This document shows positions 25,001-36,651 of a stretch of 64,000 bases of DNA, piece by piece; the stretch's first letter is position 1; each line of letters starts with the position of its first letter. A program made the position numbers and the translations under genes. This DNA comes from Phoronis australis (lineage: Eukaryota; Animalia; Phoronida). A model generated the notes under the pieces. That model did not search any database, was not told the origin of the DNA, and saw only the letters and a program-made list of their open reading frames with translations. The DNA lies in NCBI GenBank assembly GCA_002633005.1, contig NMRA01000208.1:633311-697310 (forward strand). The letters run 5' to 3'.

Positions 25001-28000
25001 GCCAAAGTCAAAATTCAAGAATTGTTAAAGACAAGGCGAAACTTCCGTGATGTTCCACAATTAACATCAAAGTTTTCCAAACAGTTTTCAGCTTTACCTG
25101 CGGATATCAAAGCTAAATACAAAGAGATGTGGTTAAAAGCCAAGGAAGAGGAGACTTGTCGTTTGAAAGAGAATGCAGACCTTCGTCAATACAACACTTG
25201 CCAGCAACCCAATTATATGTCTATTTTGTCGTCTCATCACAGAGTGCAAAAGTCCAGCAAGTACGTTGTGCCTACACCAGAATTGTCTGTGTAGTGCTTT
25301 TATGAAAGTCCGTTAGACTTTTTTCCATACTTTGTTGGTGAGTCCGGGTTATACTTTTATACGTGTTTCTGTTCGTTGGGTTTTTGTCATTGGGGTGTCC
25401 AAAATGATTTTTATTTGCTCAATGTGCATGTTGCAGTGCTGTTCTCTTCACTGTTAGTTGCAGAATTTCTGTAGAAAGTTTTCAGTTCTTGTGCTGTCTG
25501 TCAAGACTGAATTTGGTTTACGGTTGTCAGACCTCCGCATGTCAAAAGGCTCACTCACATATTTAGTATTATGGCCTGGTGAGGGACGAAATCTTTTACA
25601 GTGTCTGATATTATTCACATTACATTTTCAGTATTATTGTCTGTTTTCCGACTGTACTTTATCATTCCCCATTGTAGAATTCACATTTTTGTTGGTATCA
25701 TTGTCTAATTGGTTTACACTGTTACTGGACTTACAGATCTGGGAAATGGTGTCAAAGCGTGTTGAGAAAAGTGTTTGACTTGCCAACAGTATTAGAATCT
25801 CTACTGTACTTTATATTATTTTTCATGTATGGTGCTATGATCTGTTCGAGCCGAGTTGTAGTTAAAGATTTTGACTCTTTGATTCACATTTAACATGTTA
25901 TTGACTCTTGGCAGATCATAATTTCGTCATTCTCCACATTAGAACTCCTGCTTTTGGATGGTCTTGCTTTGTTGGGCTTACAGATGTGACATGGTTTGTT
26001 GATGTGGGAAATGGTAGTTAAAGGTTGTTTAAATGAGATTTGTTCCAGTATTGGTACTGGAATCTTCACCTTACTTTATGGCGTTTTTCATGGATGCTGT
26101 GATATGTCATAATTGAATTGGGTTGACACGGGTTGGGGCTAGGCATGTCAAAACCCTGATTCACATTCAGTCTGTAACAGATCACAGATCACATTATTGT
26201 TATTCATTCCATACTTTTGTTTATAGTTGTAGATTTGTTAATACCAACATTTTTCAGTTGGGTAGGTGCCCCCCGAGTCTTTCAATCCATTCTGTCACTT
26301 GCTTTCCATGTTTTAAGACTGGTCTGACGTGATGATTTTAAGACATATTCAGAGGGGAAGTGTTTGTACATAATTATGTGTATTTATTATTTTAGGTCAG
26401 TTTTCATTTTCTAGTCTGTTCTGTTATTAGCGTAAAAAAGATTTAAAGACGTATTTTGAACAATGTTATTTTTTCTGTCTGGTTAGGCCAAATAAAAAGC
26501 TAAAATGGTTCTGATATGTATTTTTTGAAATTGAAATGAAGCGTTTTTGTTTGGAATTTTTTGAAAGGTGACTTAGATTGGCTCTGCTTTTTTGCATTAC
26601 CTGATTAGAACAAGGTTAAAGATGATGGAATGCCAACCAGCTTTTCTAGTGTACCTCAAGTTGGAAGAGTGGTGCAACTGTGTTATCATTTCAGGGCTTC
26701 TTAATCATTTAGCTTAATTTTTGGAGCTGAGATAAAGCCAATTGATTAAAAACAGATGGGGATGCATATACATAGCTAAATTTAAAAATTGAGCAGCTTT
26801 GCTAAGAGCAATGCGATGTTGCAGGTGACTTTTCTTCTATGAGCAGTGATGAGTGAAGTTTAAAATGATGCTGGCGCATACCACTACCATTTTGCTTTTT
26901 TCTATGGCCTTGCACTAGTCATTTGTTGTTTCTCCTGGGTCTATTCTCTGTGATTTGATTTGGTGGCACTTGTTCAAAAGGAGTGCTTGTACTTATGTAT
27001 ATTTATTATTTTGGTTCAGTGTTTATATTCACTATTGCTCTGTTAACATACAAATGGTTGTGTTTTTAAACTATATTGTATTATATGATTTATATCCCTC
27101 ACTTAAAATGTTTTTTCTAGACATATTACCATTTAATAACCATCTTAGTTATGTCGCAGTGTCTTCGATTTGATGGAAATTCGAAACTTGCCTTGCAAGA
27201 GATTTGACCTTTGATCTCATAGCTTACACCTTACCCTTACTGCTTAAGGCACCTCATGTGCACTACAAGCAGAGTTATCAACAAGTTGTGGTCAAGGATA
27301 CTCAGTGTCTGAGATGTATTACTTGAGTGTGATAATACTCAATGTAAAACGGAACTTCCAAACATTTTTTATGCGAAGCAATCAGTACGCCTTGTAGCTG
27401 ATTAAATAACAATTTTTATCAATTCATAACTATGCAAAAAACCACCAGCCATTTTGACAGAGCAGACAACTGAAATATCCCTTTATTTTTGGTGACATTA
27501 GTGTTTACTTGATGACCAAATACTGTAGTTCCCAAAGCATCAACATATGGAACTGAAAATATATACCAGAGGGCGAGTGTCATTTATATCATAGATAAGT
27601 CAGGGATAAATAGGTTATTGAATGGTTCCTGAGTTATTAAACTATTATGAGAAACTCGATGATTTGTAGAAAACATTACTTCGTCCTGGAGTGAAATTTT
27701 TTAGTAATGCTGGAGCCATTCAAAAATCCATATTGTTCTTATTTAGATTACACTTTGATTTTGGTTTTTCTGAGATGAGCTTTACTTTGTGGCCCGGTTT
27801 GGCAGTGCTTGAGTTGTTCAGACGAGAAGTGTTTGAACACGTGTTGGTGTATTGTTTATTGAGCGTCATCGTATTGTTAAGCTATAGTTTACTTAATTGT
27901 TATTAGTTTTGCAGTCAGTACTTTAAATTATTTACTCCTGAGACTGAGCTTGACTTAGTTATCTGATTTGGTGGTGCCTATTGGAGATGTTCAGAAAAGA

Positions 28001-30674
28001 ATTGTTCAGTTATTTTGTCCATTACATATACAACATTGTTTAGTATGTGATTTGCCAGCTCTGTTGCTGGGCATGTTTGCTCTTGTGGAAAATGAGAGTA
28101 CAGTGTTTTCGTTCTTTTTAAATATTCTTTTTTTGTATCCCATGTTTTTTTGTGTTATCGCATTAATCTGTTCAGGTTTCATATTGTACATAAAGTTTAT
28201 GCTTATTATTCTTTGGCGACTTCATTATTCTCATAAGACAACAAAAGAAAAGTTGATGAATACATTTTAAGCCAGTATTTGTAACTGATGTCAAATTACG
28301 ATCCTTATTATTCTCGTATGCCACCAGTGTAAGCTGAGAGATGCTGTGAAATTTTTTTGCTTTCAGAAACTGTATGTCGGATATAAAAAATGTTGCAATT
28401 GTAACTATATTGTTTGCTTAATCAAAAAAATCAGAGCTCTCTAAATCAAGTTTTTTAACCGGCTTTAGAGCAAAGACTAGCAGAAGATTGCCCACTTTCT
28501 CAAAATTGCCCTGGAGGTATTGCCTATTCTATGCCAGCATTATTTAACTTGTCTTGGCTAATTATCATTTTATGGCCTGGTCATCCATTCAGCCAAAAGT
28601 AGTTCCAGAGGTGGCTTATCAGCCAATTATTCACGCATGCTGACTCACAATACAAGCCTGATAAGAGTGAAGGTGGATAAATATGGTGTTCTTAGGGATT
28701 GTTGTTGTAGTGGAGTTGTTCATGACATGTATGCTGAGAAATGTGTTGCTTGTATCTATGTACACGGATTCACACAACTTATCCCAACTAAAGATTGTTT
28801 CTTCCATTTGCAGTACGCTGCTGTGTGTTGTGGTGTTATTTCTTTGTTGACTAAAACATGCAAATTTTATTCCAGACTCCATTCCCCTGAAGTATATCAA
28901 CACATCAAGAAGCTGGAATACTCATGGGTGATGGTCACCACCAAATATTTTATCTGTTTATTTGTAGACAGTCTTCCTGTAGAAGTAAGTAATCGTGTTC
29001 ATGCTTTAGACTGAGAAAGATTGATTACAACTTTTCAATATAATCCACTTTATGAATGTTCACATGATAATCCCGACTCTACGAGAAATGAGTTCTCAGA
29101 ATATCCCAGCATCAGAGTGTATGAATTTCAAAATTATTCAAGTCCTGACAAACCCAGCATTAATATCGGTCTTTGATGAGATACAAATAGTTTTAATGAA
29201 AACCTTCACGACCACTTTTTCCCCAGAACTGGGTAAGTCAACTGTTGTGCTGGTGTGATATGGTCACTTTAAGGTATTTATGAAGTGGTGTACTCCAGGC
29301 ATTTCAGGAGTTAACTGATGTGATTACTTTTGACTGCCATTGTTCTTATGGTTGGTAAATGGCTTTATAATGTCTGTATAGATCAAGGAAATAGCACTCG
29401 ACGGTACCTGCATCACAGATGATTTTCAAGCTAAAAGATTATTTTTTTCTGTTTTCCAATTTAAGACGGTACTTCGTATATGGGACTGCATGTTTTATGA
29501 AGGCGAGAAGGTGCTGTTTCGTGTTGCTCTGATGCTGTTGAAGAAAAATGCATCAAAGATTGTCGCAGCCGATTCCTTTGAATCTCTGTCCGAGGTCTTC
29601 AAAAGTATCAATAAAGACCCCAGTACCTACTACTGCCACGAGTTCATGCAGGTAAGTATATACAGTTAATCACTAGCACTTTAGATTGGGCCATGGTCAC
29701 CAGTTCCAAGTGAATACCACTAGTCAAACCATTGTCTATTGAACCTACCTGTGGTCTGACTATGGTTAGTGTAATCACTAGGTGGCACCACTAGGTAGTT
29801 GTAAGTAAACTGAACTAGTTCTTTTATTAAAATGTGTTGCCCAAAATGATCAAGGAACTACAGCTAAATATGCCTCATTTTACTAAACTACCTAAAGATT
29901 TCATGTGTATTGAATATTGTGCGTGGGTTTACCATTTTGGGCTGGGCTTTATAAACCCATGGGGGGTAATAAAGTATGTTTTCAGTCAGAACCATAAACC
30001 TTTTGTTAAGCTGTGTTTACTTACAGAGTGCAAGCTGGGACAGTTGTATGACTAAGAGCAGGGTTCACCTAGAAGTGCTGTCACTGACATTGCATGTCAG
30101 TTTCAAAATGCTTATTGGGCATGAAGTACACCGGGCCCCATGATTTACAATCATCAGAAAAATTCCAAGCCACTGCACTGTTCAGATTAGTTCATCCTCC
30201 AAGCTCAAAATGCTATGTAATTCAACTTAATTAATAATTTACTCAAAATTATGGCATTCACTTGTTTGCTTTAGTACACATGTCTGTTCTTTCCTATACT
30301 GGCTGACCTCCAGTTACAGTTACTGAAAGTGGTTTCAATCTTATCACAAGTTGCCTCCAGTTTGTATTTTCACCAATAGATGGCTTACAAGACTGCTATG
30401 TGACCAAACCAGCTAGACTTAAATAATATCAATAATGCCATTCATACTTCAACTTGATGATCATCTGGTGAGGAACTGGACCCAGAAATGTTCATAACAG
30501 CCGTGCTGTGTGTTGAATATTTTACTTGAGTTGTTCCTTTCTTAACCATCCATAAAGTAATTCTTGCTCTTATTTCAGAATGTCTATGAAATGACAGGGA
30601 AAATCCCCAGGCCTTTGTTAAAGAAATTTCGACAAGAGAGTAGAGAAAAGGTCATTTTGGGGAAATGTGACTAG
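15990..30674 (+). CDS. GRTP1: Growth hormone-regulated TBC protein 1 (TBC1D6), Rab GTPase-activating protein; 10 coding exons
   Basis: Exons 15990-16009, 17236-17387 (YGFQRSDSFD...RAKKW), 18117-18163 (VRKGVPSEHR), 19063-19174 (VWMSVSGAQ...AIKT), 19960-20084 (DLNRTFP...GYCQ), 20669-20765 (GLNYIAG...FWLL), 21742-21805, 28876-28984 (YFICLFVDSLPVE), 29466-29651 (TVLRIWDCMFYEG...CHEFMQ), 30579-30674 (stop). All phases are compatible. The IxxDxxR and YxQ catalytic fingers are intact. Confidence 0.96.
16755..16909 (-). mobile_element. 155-bp tRNA-containing element with LTR-like ends (solo-LTR/TRIM-like or SINE)
   Basis: On the minus strand it starts TGTTGTG and ends TATTACGAAA (TATTACAAC in another copy), flanked by a TTAC 4-bp duplication. 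A box TAGCTGAATGG and B box GGTTCGATTCC are present. Related copies lie at 53295-53420, 53922-56403 and 61760-61910. Confidence 0.7.
17669..17862 (+). mobile_element. MITE family A, copy 1 (further copies ~18178-18395, 21473-21720, 29933-30212)
   Basis: Terminal inverted repeats cattttgggcYgg / ccNgcccaaaatg and a shared interior (gtatgactaagagcagggttcac...gaccttgcatgtcagtttcaaaa). Confidence 0.8.
20367..20519. mobile_element. GC-rich non-autonomous DNA-transposon fragment ending ggctccgcccctg; relative at 43699-43884 (cagtggcggatctagg...atccgctgccact)
   Basis: CAG(G/T)GGCGGA-type terminus typical of hAT-like MITEs, with G/C runs inside. Confidence 0.55.
22091..25294 (+). pseudogene. Decayed RAG1/Transib-like DDE transposase with RING-like N-terminus and C-terminal BRCT-like and HMG-box domains, inside GRTP1 intron 7
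   Basis: Colinear overlapping ORFs 22657-23229, 23282-23611, 23629-24150, 23972-24445, 24477-24665 and 24707-25294 join through frameshifts and stops. Motifs appear in RAG1-core order: KLQGDG (D 23119), LGGDE (D 23324), CTLH..ARIVEKLL, LAPYM, FSTERGEHTN (E 24185). These are followed by LHGRSFILSG...LKELIVSNGG...VLSFQFLYD (BRCT-like) and PRNVQLFY...FSKQFSALPADIKAKYKE (HMG-like). Confidence 0.75.
29933..30212 (+). mobile_element. MITE family A, most complete copy
   Basis: cattttgggctggg ... ccaagctcaaaatg termini, with the interior shared by the 17669, 18178 and 21473 copies. Confidence 0.8.
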
Positions 30675-31340
30675 ATGGTTTTGTCAGTCATGCTTTGGGA
30701 AGTAGCATTTTGTTTTTTAGTCTTTAGTGTTTTAAAATTATGGTTGTAATTTTAGTTATTTTCAGCGTAGTACTTAGTTTACATTGCAACCAGTGAAACG
30801 TTCTTTTATGGAAAAGTTTCTGTTGCGTATTTTGTGCCAAATTAAAAAATGTAATGTACTAAATGTAATTATTTTCTGAAAACTGTATGACAATGAAAAT
30901 GCAGTCATTCTATTAACATTATCTAATTAAAACTATTTACATTTGAAATGGTGCCTGCCCATTTTGTCCACTTTATGAACCAATTTGACCAAAAGTCCCA
31001 TGTCCAGATTGTTGATGTAACTGAAAAGAAAACATCCTTTTAATAGGCAGGTACAATGTTGCCACTCTGTGTGTTGAGAGTCCTATCAGACACAATGTTG
31101 CCACTCTGTGTGTTGAGAGTCTTATCCAGTGAGCTATTAACTCATTGCTTACACGGAGTTGTTCACTTTGGTTTTCCAACCCTGTTTCAGAGGGTGTACA
31201 AGATGCAAAATGTTCCACTTGTCAGGCACAATTTGAGCACAGGGGACATTTTGAAGGAATTGTCACTAAATTAGGTTTAGAGGATCTGCAGGTTTAATTA
31301 GTGTTCTTTGTAGAGGTGTACGATGTTGACTTCAAGTGGN

Positions 31341-32157
31341 ACACGCTGCCATTGAGCTGACTAAAAGACCAGGTCTCTCGCTGACTACATGACCATTGAC
31401 CCAAGCTGCCAATTGACTACATGACCAGGTCACATTCTGCCAGCTGACTACATGACTAGGACAAACGCTGCCACCTGACTACAGGACTAGGACACATACT
31501 GCCTACCCGACCAGAACACACAACGTGACCTGGACACACGCTGCCAACTGACTACATGATCAGGTCACCGTCACGCTTCCAACTGACTGCATGACCAAGA
31601 CAGGCACGCTGCCAATTCACTACATGACCAACACACACGCTGCCAACTGACTGTCTGTCCAGGACACACGCTGCCAACTGACTACATGAACAGGGCACAC
31701 GCTGTCAACTCACATCATGTCCAGGACACATACTACCAACTGACTACCTGACTAGGACACACGACGTAACCAGCCGACACGGCCGCCAACTGACTAAATG
31801 ACCAGGACACACGCTGCCAATTCACTACATGACCAAGACACACGCTGCCAACTGACTGTCTGTCCAGGACACACGCTGCCAACTGACTTCATGAACAGGA
31901 CACACGCTGTCAACTCACATCATGTCCAGGTCACAAACTGCCAACTCTCGTGATTACATGACCAGGTCACACGCTGCCAACTTAATACACGACCAGAACA
32001 CACGGTGCCCACTGACTACATGACGAGGACACACGCTACCAAATGACTACATGACCACGACACACTCTGCCAACTGATTACATGACCAGGACACACGACG
32101 TGACCAGGACCCACGCTGCCTACTGATTACATGACCAGGTTATACGCTGCCAACTGC
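31341..32157. repeat. ~32-bp minisatellite (gaccaggacacacgctgccaactgactacat) between the converging GRTP1 and Rab 3' ends
   Basis: More than 20 degenerate tandem units starting right after the N at 31340. Confidence 0.95.
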
Positions 32158-32471
32158 CGATGCAATTTCCATTCCCTTTAGATCTTGACCCGCGTTGACA
32201 AGAAGATTTTCTGATAAACAAGCTCCAAATAAAATTCAACATTCGAAATACTTTCGAGAATCTGGAAATAAGCTTGTGGAAATACGCTTTGCGCTATTTG
32301 GTATATCGGCTGCAGTCTTGCACTGTCGGCCATATTCGGCATTCGGAAGCTGAAAAGACTGACAATTTGGACATTCCACGTAACAGCACGTAAGCAGTGT
32401 TTACTACCAGTTTATTTCTTCACAGAAAATCTCAACAGTCACAAAAAATCAATAGTCTGACTGTCCTCGTG

Positions 32472-35400
32472 TTAGTAGCAGCAATTTGACTGACAGGAAG
32501 AACCGTCTCCTGTTCTTTCCGTCAACTGGATCTTGCTTTCGAACCATGGACCATATTGCCTTTCTGTGAGTTTTGAGGCGATTGTTTGAAAAACATCTTC
32601 AACACCTTCTCCTAAAAAATAAATCAGCAATTGAATTATTAACAAGAATGGTATTGCAGCCAAGGACTTTTCTATTCAAAATTGGAAAAGTCGTGTGTAA
32701 GTTCTTGCACTCTACTATAAATGCTTTTGCATAGCATTTATTTCGCTGCGTTACAGCTTTAAAATTTGCTTTTTTGCTGATCAAAACCATAGTTTGCGAA
32801 TAATACACGCGTAACTTTATTGTCTCATACATTTACGTTGATACCTACCTGTTTTTGCAGATGAATTAAAAATGAATTCGCATCCATGAATTGAGGCAAA
32901 ATCCTGTGCCATTTCACTGCTGACTTCCGACGTTAAATCCTTTTTATTTCCCACGAGAATCTTCATGGCTGAAATCGTTAATAAGACATGGGGAAGGATG
33001 TCAATGACATTTGTTCGAGAACAATTTGCAGTGACGTCAGCCACACGCGTTTTGATTGGCAACATGTCTTGGCGGTGCCCTGGTCTAGTTGTCTGATAGT
33101 CTTTTGTTTGGCAATATTTGCTGGAGGCGTCAGCACAAATGTATGGGCAGTGGAAAATGAAAAAAATATTTGAAAATAGCAATCATTTTTGTATATTCAA
33201 TGTGTGGCAGGACGGGCTTTTGCCCGTTAGCGCGAATCACTGTTCATATTCTGATGTCCATTGTGTTGTCTATGTAGCTATTTGTTGGCTAATCATGGAT
33301 ATGCAAATGTCCATGCGGGTTCTTTGAAGACCTCGTGGTTTGAGTGAGTATTGAATCGGAGTTTTTGAAGTGTGGCTGTATCGTTGGTATATAAGTACAA
33401 TATATGATTGAACTGCAGTCGCTGGTCTTCTTATTTATTTCTGAAATGCGAACCCGTGACAAATACTATTTATTAAATTCCATCCTGTTTAGAATAAAAA
33501 TCAATCTTTGACTTTGCGTATTCAATTTTACAAATCCAATACTATTTTATAAATTCAATCCTATGTCATGAATTCAGAGCACTTTTAAAAAATGTATGAA
33601 CGAGTTACCAACCTCTGACCACAGGAGCACTTCGCATAGATGAACGCGTGTTACCGCAGTATGTACAGAAGTGGATGTCTCATAGTGCCGGTGTCTGCAC
33701 TCCAGGTGTGGTCCTGGGGACCTTACGAGGTATTAAAGGTACCGGCCAAAACTGACTGAAATTCACCAATCGTGCCACACTGAGCCTTAATGACCCAAGA
33801 CAGACACTTTGGAAAGTCAGTCTCGCCATAAAATCCAAAATGACTTACCTCAAGCATTGGAAGTACCACAAAAACAATCCTACAGGAATCAGTAATTGAC
33901 ACGACACAAAGGGCTCGCCAAAAATCTTCAAAAGGCTCCCTTCCAATTCTGTTTAATGATTCAGTACTTTTTTCACTTGGAGCTTAATGTGGCGTGATTG
34001 TTTATCTTTAATCACTGAATTTTGGGCGGAAAATTTGTGGGCGAGATTTCAAGGGTTTCTGATGGTGGGCACTACCCATAGTGTATTTTATCTGTGACAT
34101 GCTATTTATTTAGTGATCAGTGAGTTACCTCGAGTGTTTGAGGGGTGCGTTTTGGTTTCTGGCTTGATCTTCCTAGAGTGGATTTTTTCATTGGTTATGC
34201 GGCGCTCAATTTCCAGCCTCCTTATAACTGAGGTCCCCTGGGACCACACCCAGATTGCAGCACTTGCAGATATATATGTACATACTGGGGTGCATTGTAA
34301 TTGCTCCTGGCATATGTTGGTACTCCGTTCATCTAAGCTAAGTGCTGTAGGCTGGGGTGCTCTTACTGTCAGGCACAATGTTGTCAGAATCATCGATCCA
34401 CGCAGTTAGATGCTGAAGCGACGACTTGTTGTCGACACTGTAAACAAACACGACGGCGTGAGTATGACGATAGAAGTTGTCAGACATGGTGCGGAATCTC
34501 TCCATTCCCGCCGTGTCCCACACGTCTAACTGAAATACACAGAAATATTTAGTAATTATTATACTGTGGTTTATTGAGGTGTGGTAACATTTAACGTGTT
34601 GAAACACAGATGGGTTTTACTTTTTTACAGTATCAGAATAGTCATACGTTGATCTATTGATTCATAGAGTATCCAGAAATTTATTAGTCAATTTATAAAG
34701 CCACGGGTCACCATCTTGCATCTGTATAAAAGCTGTGCGCATTATCCACATGAACCCAGCAAGCAGGTAAAATGATTCAAAAAGAGGATCCGTGGGTTCT
34801 TATTCGACAAGACCCCCACGACAGCATGGGGACTTTCTTGGTGAGAGTCCCTTCGCTAGTAATATTGCAACGACAAGAAACTGAAAAAGAAACTATCAAT
34901 GAAAGTAAAAGTTATTAGGTCAAGGATATCTAGGCTAAATAATTGAGAGCGGAAACAAAATGAAATTTGATGGTCACTAAAATTAAGTAACGACCTCTTT
35001 TAGAATATAACGAAGCCATATGTTTCATAAGTCACGCATACACATATACAGGCTGTCCCAAAAACCACCCACAATTCAGTACAAATAAAAGCCGAGTTCA
35101 ACTTCATTTCCTCTAAACCAGACTCTGCGCCACGAGTTACTGTGATTCTTGACGTGTTCTGAAATCAAATCCTCTTCACAAAAAATCAATGAATAGTGCA
35201 ATTCTGTTTTATGAATTTAAACTAGCGGTCTTGTGTCTAAGTCCATTAATGCAACGCTTCTATTATTGCAGAACATGTTTGAGACACCCTGTATTTCCGA
35301 CGGTGTTTGACTAGCATACATTGAGAACGCACGTTCTTTTGTCCCTGGTATAAGCTCGGGAACATTTGAAGTGTGTCTGAACGTGTTTCACTGAGAAAGA

Positions 35401-36651
35401 AGCTCCAAAAAGCGTAAATACAAGGTCAAATAACGCTAGGACCTCGCGAAAAAGCAAGACATCACGAGATTACGTGAGATATTGCCGTGTATTTTAAATG
35501 AGAACACGTGACTTTGACTAGATTTTAGCTAGGTCCTAGCGTCTACTGAACGCGCGCTTGATATGCGTGTAAACTTATGCAGCTCGGCAGGGCCTATAGA
35601 GATTGTATCCGTCTCAATCGGGCAAATGGACTCAACAAAACATCATTTGAGGTACTCTGGGTTTTATAGAGAGTGCTGAAAGCTTTGGATTTCGATTACG
35701 CTGCCTTGTTGGTTTAACTTTGACCCAATCTTCGTCATGTCTTAATGAGAATGAGTGAATGTAAAAGACTCTTGTATCGCTTACATTGAAACTGAAGACA
35801 AAAATTTGATCTTAGGCTCCAACCTCACAATTGATGAATAAAGATGTAAGCCAAGTAATTATGAGAGTATCGCAGCTAGAAATATTTCATTAAAAAATTA
35901 CAACAAATAGGAGTTATATGTGTATATTTTAAAATACTTCGCACCTTTGCTCAGGTAAGATTTAATTAGTTTTCAGAAATAGTTGCGTAAGCTCAATTTC
36001 GCTTTTCATGAAAGAGACCCTAGGGCCCTTGATGCCTCGATAGCGGGACCGAATACCGGTCCATTCCCTATGAAAAATATTTTAAAAATCACGCAACACG
36101 TTAGGTGTTGGAGAGAGACACTTTCCTCTCAACCAAATACACTCTCAAAAGGTGCAGGCACCTTTCCCCTCAGAATAGAGGGTCCTGCGGACCAATGAGG
36201 ATCGGGAGCTCCCTGCCAAAAATGACCCCTTCATCCATGCTCGGCTTACCCTAACTGGAATATCGTTGATCACGTAAGATTTCGAGCATCTGTCCAATTG
36301 ACACGAAGCACATGCTTTTTTGTGAAAGGATCCGTTTTTCAAACGCAGAAATAACGTAGTTTTTCCCACACCGACTTCGCCTTGAAGTATAACCTTGTAC
36401 TGGTGTCCCTGTAACATTGTTAGTCGTCCAAGATGTTCCACGACTGCACCATCAGCACCCTGCCTGACGCATTAAATTATAATATCACTATGGTTTCGGA
36501 TGATGAAATCTGTAGGCCGATCTTAGAGTTGACTGACAAGTGAAGATATGCAAAGATATATATGTACCAGCCGGATACTAATACTCGGATGGCGTTTGGA
36601 TTCATCCGAATCACTATTTGAATGCCGTGCGTGTTCGATTTCTGAAGCCAT
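32472..36651 (-). CDS. Divergent Rab-family small GTPase
   Basis: Exons 36568-36651 (tentative; alternative start ATG 36417), 36250-36459 (KVILQGEVGVGKT), 34367-34529 (WDTAGMERFR...FYR), 32849-32968 (LVGNKKDL, SSAKT), 32472-32611 (GEGVEDVF...SNCCY*). G1, G3, G4, G5 motifs and a di-Cys prenylation tail are present, and phases are consistent. Confidence 0.9.
35047..35293. mobile_element. Tc1/mariner-type MITE
   Basis: TA-caggctgtccca ... tgagacaccctg-TA termini. Confidence 0.7.
35433..35542. mobile_element. ~110-bp MITE family B (copies at ~52255-52362 and 62833-62942)
   Basis: TIR acgctaggacct / aggtcctagcgt; interiors are nearly identical across the three copies. Confidence 0.85.

Noticed and set aside
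26095-26105. GCTGTG as right terminus matching CACAGCG at 21906 (also 28343)
   Set aside because: Only 6 bp match, no clean TSD, and the 26095 site lies within a local degenerate repeat.
27150-27480. Cys-containing peptide fragments (QCLRC...CDNTQC) as a second gene of the intronic element
   Set aside because: Too short and interrupted to assign by eye.
31341-32157. CRISPR-like array of ~32-bp units
   Set aside because: No unique spacers, no cas genes, and a eukaryotic context; an ordinary minisatellite. The same applies to 4509-4680.
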